DNA of 64,000 bases from Squalus acanthias. Taxonomy: Eukaryota. A model generated the notes under the pieces. The model made no database searches and had not been told where the DNA came from. It worked only from the letters and a program-made list of their open reading frames with translations. Each line of letters starts with the position of its first letter. Positions within the stretch are counted from its first letter, which is position 1. The translations under genes and the position numbers were made by a program. The stretch is from assembly GCA_030390025.1 (NCBI GenBank), contig CM059425.1:172858001-172922000 (forward strand). The letters run 5' to 3'. This document shows, piece after piece, positions 25,594 through 37,707 of this stretch.

Positions 25594-28558
25594 ATGAACA
25601 CAATAATAAGCATGAAACCGGACGGACCACCCAGCATCGACTACAGCACCGGACACGGCAACGGCACACCCAGCCCAGTCGACCCTGCAAAGTCCTCCTC
25701 ACCAACATCTGGGGACTTGTGCCAAAATTGGGAGAGCTGTCCCACAGACTATTCAAGCAACAGCCTGACATAGTCATACTCACAGAATCATACCTTTCAG
25801 CCAATGTCCCAAACTCCTCCATCACCATCCCTGGGTATGTCCTGTCCCACCGGCAGGACAGACCCACCAAGGATGGCGGCACAGTGATATATAGTCGGGA
25901 GGGAGTGGCCCTGGGAGTCCTCAACATTGACTCCAGACCCCATGAAGTCTCATGGCTTCAGGTCAAGCATGGGCAAGGAAACCTCCTGCTGATTACCACC
26001 TACCACCCTCCCTCAGCTGATGAATCAGTACTCCTCCATGTTGAACACCACTTAGAAGAAGCACTGAGAGTAGCAAGGGCACAGAATGTACTCTGGGTGG
26101 GGGACTTCAATGTCCATCACCAAGAGTGACTCAGTAGCACCACTACTGACTGAGCTGGCCGAGTCCTGAAGGACATAACTGTCAGTCTGGGCCTGCGACA
26201 GGTGGTGAGAGAACCAACACGAGGGAAAAACCTGCTTGACCTCGTCCTCACTAATCTACCTGTCGCAGATGCATCTGTCCATGACTGTATTGGAAGCAGT
26301 GACCACCGCACAGTCATTGTGGAGACGAAGTCCTGTCTTCACACTGAGGACACCCTCCATCATGTTGTGTGGCACTACCACCGTGCTAAATTGGATAGAT
26401 TCAGAACAGATCTAGCAGCTCAAAACTGGGCATCCATGAGGCGCTGTGGGCCATCAGCAGCAGCAGAATTGTAATCCGCCACAATCTGTAACCTCATGGC
26501 CCGGCATATCTCTCAATCTACCATTACCATCAAGCCAGGGGACCAACCCTGGTTCAATAAGGAGTGTAGAAGAGCATGCCAGGAGCAGCACCAGGCGTAC
26601 CTAAAAATGAGGTGCCAACCTGGGGAAGCTGCAACACAGGTTCACATGCATGCTAAAAAGCAGAATCAGCATGCTATAAGCAGGGCTAAGCAATCCCACA
26701 ATCAACGGATCAGATCAAAGCTCTGCAATCCTGCCACATCTAGTCGTGAATGGTGGTGGACTATTTAACAACTAACGGGAGGAGGAGGCTCCAAGAATAT
26801 CCCCATCCTCAATGATGGTGGAGCTCAGCACGTGTGTGCAAAAGATAAGGCTGAAGCATTTGCAACCATCTTCAGCCAGAAGTGCTGAGTGGATGACCCA
26901 TATCGGCCTACTCCTGAGGTCCCCACTATCACAGGAGCCAGTCTTCAGCCAATTCGATTCACTCCACGTGAAATCAAGAAACGGCTGAGCGCACTGGATA
27001 CAGCAAAGGCTATGGGCCCCGACAATATCCCAGCTATCGTGTTGAAGACTTGTGCTTCAGAACTTGCAGCGCCTCCAGCCAAGCTGTTCCAGTACAGCTA
27101 CAACACTGGCATCTATCCAACAATGTGGAAAACTGCCCAGCTATGTCCTGTCCACACAAAGCAGGACAAATCCAACCCAGCCAATTACCGCCCCATCAGT
27201 CTACTCTCAATCATCAGCAAAGTGATGGAAGGTGTCATCAACAGTGCTATCAAGCGGCACTTACTCACCAATAACCTGCTCACTGATGCCCAGTTTGAGT
27301 TCCACCAAGACCACTCGGCTCCCGACCTCATTACAGCCTTGGTCCAAACATGGACAAAGGAGCTGAATTCCAGAGGTGAGGTGAGAATAACTGCCCTTGA
27401 CATCAAGGCAGCATTTGACTGAGTGTGGCATCAAGGAGCCCTAGTAAAACTGAAGTCAATGGGAATCGGGGGGGGGCGGGGAAAACTCTCCACTGGCTGG
27501 AGTCATACCTAGCACAAAGGAAGATGGTTGTGGTGGTTGAAGGTCAATCATCACAGCCCCAGGACATCGCTGCAGGAGTTCCTCAGGGCAGTGTCCTAGT
27601 CCCAACCATCTTCAGCTGCTTTATCAATGACCTTCCCTCCAACATAAGGTCAGAAATGGGGATGTTTGCTGATGACTGCACAGTGTTCAGCACCATTCGC
27701 AACTCCTCAGATAATGAAGCAGTTCATGCCCGCATGCAACAAGACCTGGACGACGTTCAGGCTTGAGCTGATAAGTGGCAGGTAACATTTGCACCACAGA
27801 AGTGCCAGGCAATGACCATCTCCAACAAGCGAGAGTCTAACCACCTCCCCTTGACATTCAACAGCATTACCAAATCACCCACCATCAACATCCTGGGGGT
27901 CACCATTGACCAGAAACTTAACTGGACCAGCCACATAAATACTGTGGCAACAAGAGCAGGTCAGAGGCTAGGTATTCTGTGGCGAGTGTCTCACCTCCTG
28001 ACTCCCCAAAGCCCTTCCACCATCTACAAGGCACAAGTAAGGAGTGTGATGGAATACTCTCAATTTGCCTGGATGAGTGCAGCTCCAACAACACTCAAGA
28101 AGCTCGACACCATCCAGGACAAAACAGCCCGTTTGATTGGCACCTTATCCACCACTTTAAACATTCACTCCCTCCACCACCGTCGTACCATGGCTGCAGT
28201 GTGTACCATCTACAAGATGCACTGCAGCAACTCGCCAAGGCTTCTTCGGCAGCACCTCCCAAACCTGCAACCTCTTCCACCTAGAAGGACAAGGGCAGCA
28301 GGCGCATGGGAACACCACCACCTCCAAGTTCCCCTCCAAGTCACACGCCATCCTGACTTAGAAATATATTGCCGATCCTTCATCGTCGCTGGGTCAAAAT
28401 CCTGGAACTCCCTACCTAACAGCACTGTGGAAGTACCTTCACGGACTGCAGCGGTTCAAGAAGGCGGCTCACCACTACCTTCTCAAGGGCAATTAGGGAT
28501 GGGCAATAAATGCTGGCCTTGCCAGCGGCGCCCACATCCCTTAAACGAATTAAAAAAA
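25594..28558 (+). mobile_element. Non-LTR retrotransposon (CR1/L2 group) with APE endonuclease and RT, inserted into the 3' end of the host CR1
   Basis: PDIVILTES, GDFNVHH and SDH (APE); GVPQGSVL and FADD (RT); AATAAA plus A-tail; short (AA)GAT duplication at the junctions; several stops. Confidence 0.9.
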
Positions 28559-28669
28559 GATCGGGCAGGAAAGTGGAGTTGAGGTCAAAGATCAGCCATG
28601 ATCTTATTGAATGGTGGTGCAGGCTCGAGGGGCTGTATGGCCTACTCCTGCTCCTAATTCTTATTTCCT

Positions 28670-28786
28670 TAAAAGCAAAATACTGCGAATGCTGGAAATG
28701 CTCAGCAGGTCAGGCAACATATGTGGAGAGAGAAACTGAATTAACTTTTCAGGGCGATGACCTTTCACCACAACTGGAAAAAGTTT
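28670..28786 (-). repeat. Penelope-type tail repeat (antisense) with degenerate hammerhead
   Basis: Reverse complement of the 1125-1219 tail; core boxes are mutated. Confidence 0.7.
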
Positions 28787-30486
28787 AATTTGATGCATAT
28801 AATGAGAGAATTATTTCTTTAATCACAGGCAAGTCATAAGATGAGCAAGGATGCTGTAATTGACCTGGAAGATATTTCTGCTGGTCATACTTTCATAATG
28901 AAAATGAAGAATTTTAATTTATATAAAACTTTACCACATCCTCAGGACATCCCAAAGTGCAGTCACTGTTATTGTGTGATGCTCTGACTGCTATGTGGAT
29001 AATGACAAAATTAATTTATAAAATTTGCTCCAAAGTGTCCAGGCCTAATGAGTTCTACAATGTTCCCCTGGCTTCTAAAGGACAGATGATCATCTTTTTA
29101 GTACAAGTGGGATATGTCAAGTCCACTGAGGGACAGTTCCAGCTCCTACAGAAAAAAATGTCAAAACAGAAATTGCTGGGAAATCATTGTATGTCAGTAT
29201 CTGAAAGTGAAAAGATAAGTTAATGATTCAGGTAGAACCTTTCATCAAAGTCAAAGCAGACGGCGCATGGGGAAAGATATTTTATTCACAGAAAATGCTG
29301 CAAATGTGCATAGGTGCTCATCGAGCATACAGTTTGAAGTTTCTACACAATTAGTATACCAAGATGAATTTGGCTAAAACTCAAGTTCAGATGGAAGCGA
29401 ATGTGGACATCATTGGATATATGACAAAACTGCTATAGTATTCAGCCTCGTACATCTTAAACACACAATCTAGATGCGCCAGGGTAAAGTCTTGTATCAC
29501 TTTGTGTGGCTGATTTCTTCCGATTTCCTGTTGAATTTATGGAAAAGGCTGATGTTGCTGAGCTTTGTGGGGAACAGCTTATTTAGGAACTTGGTTGAAA
29601 GAATGCTGGAGAGCTTTCAAAAGTGGTAGCAAAACCTACCAGCCATTTCTGGCTTATCACTAAAGGAGCTGTCACAACATGGACTGTTAAGAAAGCATCT
29701 CCTTTTCATTTAATCCTAAGCATTCTCATCCAGTGCAGCCAGCAGGTTGTTAGAAAGAAAATGCTTGCTGCTCCTGTCACCTCCAGCACTCATTGACTCC
29801 CAGGCACAGCACACCTAATTTTGGAACAAAATCCAGTAGGGGTAGTATCTCAGGATTTCATAAAAAGTGGCACCAGATTTTATCAGATGTCTGGATGCGG
29901 TAGATCATGTAAATAGTTCCATCCCCACCATTTTGCCGGCCTTTCTTTCAAAATTCAATGGAGTTATTTTCTTCAAGAATATCCGTGTTTTTTGCAAATG
30001 ACTGTCTACTAAATCCACAGATGTTTACCTTATAGAGGCTCTATAATGACAACATTGATACCCACAGGTGCATTTCAAATACATCTCAAGGACATTTAAC
30101 TGAGTTGAAGCAAGTTATTGTGATTTTTGTGTAGATCACGGGTGAGTCCACATTTGGAACCTTGCGTGCAATTTTGGGCACCCTACCATCAAAAGAATAT
30201 AGATAAATCAAAGTGTTCAGAGCAGTAAATATGATTCCAGGACTTAGAACTCTAAATTATGGGGATGCACCTGCTGAGCAAAAAATTACTTTGTATTGGC
30301 AAAAATATTTGAGATTGCGAGTGGAATGAGAACTATCTTTTAAAACACTGAGAAGCACAGGTGATGTAAGAGTTTATTTGACTTGAATCGTGTGCAGACT
30401 GTAGTACACAGGTTTAAAATTAAAAGCCTCAAATGAGACTGGAGATGACAGTTTGTTTTTGCACAGATAGTGCTTATATAAGAAGT

Positions 30487-31407
30487 TTGCAGATAATACA
30501 AAAATTGGCCGTGTGGTTAATCATGAGGAAGAAAGCTTTAGACTGCAGGAAGATATCAATGGATTTGTCAGGTGGACAAAAAAGTGGCAAATGGAATTCA
30601 ATCTGGAGAAGTGTGAGCTAATGCATTTGGGGAGGGGTAAAAAGGCAAGGAAATACACAATAAATGGTAGGATACTGAGAAGTGTAGAGGAACAGAGGGA
30701 TCTTGGAGTACATGTCCACAGATCCCTGAAGATAGCAGGACAGGTAGATAAGGTGGTTAAGAAGGCATACGGGATACTTTCATTTATTAGCCGAGGCGCA
30801 CAATACAAGAGCAGGGAGGTTATGCTTGAACTGTATAAAACACTAATTAGGCCACAGCTAGAGTACTGTGCACAGTTCTGGTCACCACATTACAGGAAAG
30901 ATGGGATTGCACTAGAGAGGGTACAGAAGAGATTTGCGAGGATGTTGCCAGGACTGGAGAATTTTAGCTATGAGGAAAGATTGGATAGGCTGGGGTTGTT
31001 TTCTTTGTAACAGAGAAGACTGAGGGGAGACTTGATTGAGGTGTATAAAATTATGATGGGCCTAGATAGAGTGGATAGGAAGGACCTATTTCCCTTAGCA
31101 GAGAGGTCAATAACTAGGGGACATAGAATTAAAGTAATTGGTAGAAGGATTAGAGGAGAGTTGAGGAGAAATGTTTTCCCCCTAAGGGTAGTGGGGTGTC
31201 TGGAACTCACTACCTTAAAGGGTGGTAGAGGTAGAAACCCTCATCACATTTAAAAAGTACTTGGATATGCCCTTGAAGTGCTGTAACCTGCAGGGCTACG
31301 GACCAAGAGCTGGAAAGTGGGATTAGGCTGGATAGCTCTTTTTCGGCCGGCACGGACACAATGGGCTGAATGGCCTCCTTCTGTGCAGTAAATTTCTATG
31401 ATTCTCT
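30487..31407 (+). mobile_element. CR1 LINE 3' portion
   Basis: ORFs 30513-31010 and 31032-31253; TTCTATGATTCT tail. Same subfamily as 47344-48769. Confidence 0.88.
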
Positions 31408-31545
31408 AACTATAGCTACAATAGAAATAGAAATTCTGTTGATTTATTTAATTGGAATTTTTACTGCAAATAAAATATTCTATTCATTATAGCACTTAAA
31501 AAGCCTATAAATTAGATCTATTAATAATATGACTTGCCATTACAG

Positions 31546-31656
31546 GATGAAGGGACTCCATCAGATGAAGCAGCCTTGATCATCCACAGAAAGGGTTTTG
31601 ATTGTAGATTTTTAAACAAACACACTGGACTGTTTTGTTCTACCACTCGAGGCAAG
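31546..31656 (+). CDS. MAN2A1: Golgi alpha-mannosidase II, penultimate coding exon
   Basis: ttacag|DEGTPSDEAALIIHRKGFDCRFLNKHTGLFCSTTRGK|gtagg. DCRF..TGLFCST is MAN2A1-like rather than MAN2A2-like. Confidence 0.94.
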
Positions 31657-31903
31657 GTAGGTTTTTCTATTGTGAGCATCTAGGTTCCTGCTATCCAGAT
31701 AAGGTTAAAATAGTTATCCCATATCTGAGAGAAATTTTGAAGATTATTCCTCCACAGATTGAAGAAGTAGAATATGTAACTATTGAAAATATTTCCTATG
31801 TGCATGTAAAATTCCTGTTTCTGCAACAATTGTGCTAAAAGATTGTAATTATGTAAATCTTGGATTCTACTCAATCAATTGAATTTAAAACTTTTTTTTG
31901 CAG

Positions 31904-32056
31904 ATTCCTGTGCGCAATCTCTTTAGAGAATTAAAAATTCAACGACTAACTCCATCAACCTTGTCTTTGATGCATACAACACAAAATACCAATAATACTA
32001 GAGAAATAGAACTGAATCCAATGGAGATAAGTACATTCAGAATTCGATTAAGATGA
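31904..32056 (+). CDS. MAN2A1: Golgi alpha-mannosidase II, last coding exon with stop
   Basis: ttttgcag|IPVRNLFRELKIQRLTPSTLSLMH...IELNPMEISTFRIRLR*. Confidence 0.95.
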   Translation: MPVRNLFRELKIQRLTPSTLSLMHTTQNTNNTREIELNPMEISTFRIRLR

Positions 32057-35000
32057 TCCTGTCACCTGCTCAGAGTGCCTAATGAGCTGCATTGAAGATC
32101 ATATTGCGCACATTGTTGAGTTGCAATAACTACAAGCACATTAAAAGAAAAGTAAATGATGTCAAGTCTACTGATCCAACAAAGACCAATGGTAAAAAAC
32201 ATATTTTCATTTAATTTTGTGGAAAAGTTGTAAAGTTATAAAAGGTTAAAAAATTCATTTATGCAACAATAAACAAAAAAAGAATTGGGACAAAAAAACT
32301 GCTTCCTTACAATAATGTAATTCTCAGGTTAAATTATCTGCTACATGCCTAATTGAATAAAATACTATCAGTATTTCAATGGAATAAAGAACAATAGAGA
32401 GTCTGCATTGAAGAAGTAAAATTCATTCATTTAACCTTGACATTACTAAGGACAGTTTAGTTCTTGTTGCATTTAATAACTAGTCCCTAACATTAAGTTA
32501 TGAGTGTGACCAAAAAATGCTCATTAAATCCCTATGTGTGAGGTATTGATTTGTTGAGAAAGTGAAATCTCATAAGTGCAAGAAAATCTGAAATTTCATG
32601 ATTTATGAGGCAAGGGATAACAGCCCAAGATGAAGTCTGAAATGAAAGCAGATTTCAGAATTAACACTGGAATTTTTTAATTTGAGGTGCAGAGTTATTG
32701 AGCTGTACAGAATTCTGTCTCATTACTTGATTAAATGGGATAAGTGCAATGCTTCAACATTCAGTTGTAATAACAAATCTAGTATCTACATCAACAGTTA
32801 GTAAAAAAATGAAATGATATGTTAGTAAAAGACATATTTTCTGCTGCCGACATTAGCCAGAATAGATGTTTTTCTATTCCAAAGTTGCCATTTGCGATTC
32901 CGTGCCTTACAATGATACTATAGATTATACTTCGCTGTACTGTTCTCTTTGCCCATATTTTGTAATCCAATCTCATAGTGGGATCTTTTATACCTTACAA
33001 TTTGAATTTCATCAGAAGATAAATTACGAAATAGAGACGAGGAAGGTCATTCGGCTCATTTTAGCTCGTGTTTCTAGAAAATACTTAAAGCCCTCCCATC
33101 ACAGCATCCAACTATTTGTTAAATGTTTTGCCTCCACCACCCTATGGTGAAATCCATTTACTTCTTTTGTGTAGTTGTTCCTGATATCAAACCTAAAGTT
33201 TTTTCTTTCACCAATTTGAACTTATTCCCTTTCCTATATCATTTAATATTTCACATACTTCTATAAACCATCCTCTCAGTCCCCTATGAAGACTGAAGAA
33301 TTCAAAGTGTATCCAATTTTTCCTCATTACTCAATCTTCTAATGCTAGGGATTATGCTTGTGGCTCTTCTCTGCATCACCTCTGGGACTTGAATATTTAA
33401 CTTGTATCTCAGTCACCAAAATGGGACAAAGTACTTAAGGTTTCATCTCAACTTACTGGGCTAAAAGGATGTAAATTCAAATAATGTTTAATGAAGCTAT
33501 GTATCTTTTCATCTTTTATTTTCCATTTTTCAGTGACCATTTGAATGTACTGATGTGACATAGGGTGTAAAAGAGAAAATGCTATTGACTTCTATCATAT
33601 TCTCAGTATTGCCAAGGATGATAAATGTATTAGAAAATTTTGCCTGAAATTGTACTTAGAAAACCTTTTGAGTTTTAAGTTACTTGCATGATTTTGCCTA
33701 ATGTAACACCAGAAGCATTTTGCTTTTAAATATGCTGGCAAATTACTTATTTTTCTGCTTTTAATGTACATTCATGTTATTTATCTAGAGATCCCATAAC
33801 ATTATGAAGCAATACTTGCACAATGCGAATCGACATGTTCTTTTTTTTCCAAATAGTGCTGTAATACATTTACGTTCGTATGTGGCTGTGACTACTTTTG
33901 CCAACACCTGCTAATGTCAGTATAGTAGTAGTAAATATGTCCTGCACTAAACAATAGTAAACAATGTCCTGTTTGTGTAACTGGCTGTTTTGCTTGAAGA
34001 GGCACCATGTTAAGAAAAAAAGTAGATATTTGATAAATTTAATATGGCTTAATTTTTTGTTATGCACAAGTAATTGAATATTCTGAATGATATGTTTTGT
34101 TTTTGCACACGCGTTTCATATGCTTTATTGTGCTAGCTATATATATATATATTATATATATATATTTTTCGGTTTCAGATAATTTCAGGTTTGTGTACAA
34201 AGTTTATCTCACACAAGGTCAGAGCATTTATTCTTTTACAACAGTTTTTTGGTATTCACCTTGTAAAGAGAAGTCATTGATAGTAACAGTTATTTCCATG
34301 GCACAATGTTGTTTCAGAGTTCTGGTTATTACCACAATCTGCGAATCAGTTGTTTATTAGTAATCCGTCCAGCACTGGCACCATTTGTCGGTGGAAATTA
34401 TTTTTACTTAACCCCTTAATCAACATAAGTCTAAACTTACATTTATACAGATTGTGTATGAAGCAGTGTTCTCTTATATTTAGGACTGCACAATCCTCAC
34501 ATTTTATGCAGTAACCAAAATTGTATTTCTGTGTGACGTTGTGTGAAAAAACAGTTCAATAAATGCAGCTCTATATTTAATTTGATAATACTATATTGTT
34601 GCATAATAAACAACAGCAAGCTTCAAACAAAATTTTGTATTGTTTAGAGTACATTATTATGAGGTTTTCAGTGTAGGTTGGTGAACGGGCTAATATGATT
34701 TCAAGTCATTTCTTACAGTTAATAAAGTTAATTATTTTTATACCACTACAGCAAAATTCTGACCTGAATTCCTTTTTATTTAGCATGGAAGTGCAATTCT
34801 ATCATTCCTGTTATTTGTTAAACACAACAGTATTTTATTGAATACTTATAATACAAATTATACATAATATTTTTAATTTGGGGGAATGATTTATTAAATA
34901 CAATTCTGGAAGGCAGTTTATTTGCTGATTGTATAACTGATCCAATGTGGTAGGAGGAATAGCTCTATGTAACTGAAAAGCTGTATACTTTGTGGTTTCA

Positions 35001-35425
35001 TAATTTGTTTTGCTAATATCAAAAAGTAATGATTACTACATTTTGTTTTTATTAATATATAGTATATTAGGAGCATTTTCTACTATGTATATTTGTAAAA
35101 TGTTACCTTTTAAATTACAGTTTTTAAGAGGTATATGATCAATTTATGGCAATGAAAATGCTTTGTATGGATGAGTTGTGCCTTCATAGAGGGACAAAGG
35201 TAGCTTTAACACATCTTACAAATGATATGGAACTGGGTAAAATGACATTGAAAGTTTTGCTGTTTTAAATGACTGTCTTAAGTGTCTGTAAGCTTATAAT
35301 TTGCATTTTAATAGCTTTCAATTTACAACAAGGTGCATAACATTATTTTGAAACTGTTTATTTGAGTTTTTTAACTTTGGCAGGAAAATATTCTATCAAA
35401 TAAATGGAATATTCTACTTTACCTA
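32057..35425 (+). other. MAN2A1: Putative MAN2A1 3' UTR with multiple polyadenylation signals
   Basis: AT-rich and nearly TE-free. AATAAA at 32268, 32356, 32383, 34558, 34605, 34721 and 35399; the last is followed by GU/U-rich sequence. The end point is inferred. Confidence 0.55.
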
Positions 35426-35777
35426 TGTATTGTTTAATATAAGTTTTAGTGCTGCATTTATATGGCATCTTATTATGTCAAAACACTTCAAAGTGCTTCA
35501 CCCCTTTTAAAGTTTAGTTGAAGTGCAGTGACTGTTATGCAGGCAGAAAATGACGGGAATCAAAGTAATATTGGCACGCAAAAGCATAATTTTATCGTTA
35601 TGTATTGAAGAAGTGTTATTCTTGGTCATTCCACCTTTCATGGTCTGCCTGTAATTGATGATGCACTCAACTGCAACGCGTAGATTCAGGTGTCCTGCAT
35701 CTTAAACACGCAATCTTCTGATTTAAAAAAAATGTTCTGACAAAGCCTTTTAAAGGCTGTCTGTTGGTGGTAGCTAG

Positions 35778-36016
35778 GGATGCATTTACACTGCAAACTC
35801 AGCATTGGTAGCAAAGCAATTTCAGCTTTGTGCCAATGCTAAACTAGCAGTTTAAATCTGGAGTCCGGGCTGAACCTGACTGTAGTGTAGTGGAGCGAAA
35901 CTCTTTGGAACGGGTAGTCTCACACCACTTCAGTTTGGCACTGCATGGAGTGTAAATCCAGTGTCAAATCCAGTTTGCTAGATGCTCAGACCAGTAACTG
36001 CAATGTAAATGCACCC
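35778..36016. mobile_element. Old MITE with 18-bp TIRs (Harbinger-like)
   Basis: GGATGCATTTACACTGCA / TGCAATGTAAATGCACCC. Confidence 0.65.
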
Positions 36017-37707
36017 TTAGGTGCAAGTTTTGTAATGAAAGCAATCAAGCCTATGTTATTTGTACCTGTTAATAGTGGAACGAATGTGCATATGAAATTT
36101 GCAATTTTACTCTAGCTTGAGCACCATCATTAAAGAGTTGCCCATCTTGAAAGAAAATGAACTACTCAACATGGTAATAAGTCAGTGGTAGTACAGATCT
36201 GCTGCCTAATTTTCCCTTTTTGTTGACTGTTTCCAGTGGTAGAGATGAGCCCAAAGCAGTGCTATCTAAAGCTAAAGGTAGAGACATAATAAAGTATAGT
36301 TCCCCATCAAACCCGTTCCCTCCAGTGGACCATCTATAATTTGCATGGCCTCATAACTTATTAATATTTCCTGATTAACCACAAGTAAAGCTTTCCAGAA
36401 GTCAAAATTGTGAATTTCCTTCATGTCCTGAATAACATCCTTCTGAGTGTTTCACAAATTATTAGATCATCCATGCCAAAATGTTATCCTAGAATCTTCA
36501 ACCCTAATTTTAATCATCCAGCTCCTTGTTGAATGGATCATTGATTAATTAACTGATGGATCTGTTCCACACATCAACCACACTGCAACAAAAAAATTCT
36601 TCAAATTTCTAGCCTCACATAAGGATTGACTATTTTGTACCTATGTCCTCTAGTCTCACATTGAATCATCTGTGTATAGGTATTGGGACAAGAATTCTGC
36701 TCCACTTCTTAGACAAACTGTTCTTTTAAATGGTGGTGATTCATTGAGGGGGAAGAGCCGTGGTAATCACTTATATCCTTAGGCAGAAAGGGTAGCCTTT
36801 ATATGTATATGTATATGTATATGAGTAAATTCACAATTCCTGCTCTCCCAGCAGGGACCCATACTAAAAGGGAGTACAGGTTGGAGAATCAGTAGTACAG
36901 TGTCACAGCCCTATCTCCAGCACATTTTCTCTCAAGCATGGCTCCCTGCTTGGAACATGAGATCAGCGAATTTATCTTCTTATCTATAATATATGCTTTT
37001 TGGAACATTTGCTTCCTGTGCCATGATTTGGTTGTCACATCTGGATATTATTTTTACCTGTGAAGTATTTATCCTTACCTTTATATTTATCTTTCAGTTA
37101 ATCCAATGCTAGGTGGCGCGACTGTGCCTCCAAATGCTGTATGCCAGGTTGATCCTCTAGGTTGCACTGCAGTTAAATTTTATTTGAAATTTTACAATTA
37201 TTTTTAGCTTCTGAGTCTGTGTTCCCTGCAGCTACATTTTTTAAACTTTTAATTTATGCTACTTTTATTTCATGCTGCCAGTTAAATTCAGTTGAATTTT
37301 AAATTTCCTCAACCTGCTGCCATCTCCAGAATCTCAGGCAGCTCCCCTTGTCACCTGCTTCTTCACTCAGCGGCCTGACCATCCTCATGGAACTTGAGAC
37401 TCAGGCCCCTGACTCATGCCTGTTGCCGGCAGCCTATTCTCTCTCCCTGTTGTCAATGCTGGCCCGGTACTTGCCCTCAGACCGTCCCGTTTTGGTCCTG
37501 CTTCCCTACTTGTGCTTCTAGCTGCCCAACTGCCCTCGGGCAACCCAATCCCCATCCATTTTCACGTGCCCAGGCCCTATTTTTTTGTTCAGAAAGATCT
37601 TGCACATTTTGTGCAATATTCTCATTGAGCCAGAAAAATGATTCAGATTACCATTTGGTGCCATTTTCTGTAGTTTTCACCAAGAATGTACTAAGGCCAT
37701 TAGGTGT

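Larger units (their letters stand above)
21555..28660 (+). mobile_element. Near full-length degraded CR1 LINE (ORF1 SGNH-esterase, ORF2 APE+RT), hosting two nested insertions
   Basis: VVVGDSIV...VVHVGTNDIG (ORF1, ~21710-21900), YMNARSIRNK/ITETW (APE), [15 protein letters not shown] (RT). The 3' UTR resumes at 28559. Confidence 0.9.

Noticed and set aside
29230..30100. Non-repetitive intronic stretch that might be a decayed coding sequence
   Set aside because: No sustained ORF or motif I can recognise; needs tBLASTx to say more.
3899..32056. Assignment as MAN2A2
   Set aside because: C-terminal motifs (EAALIIHRKGFDCRF, TGLFCSTT, MEISTFRI) fit MAN2A1 better by recall; a phylogeny would confirm.
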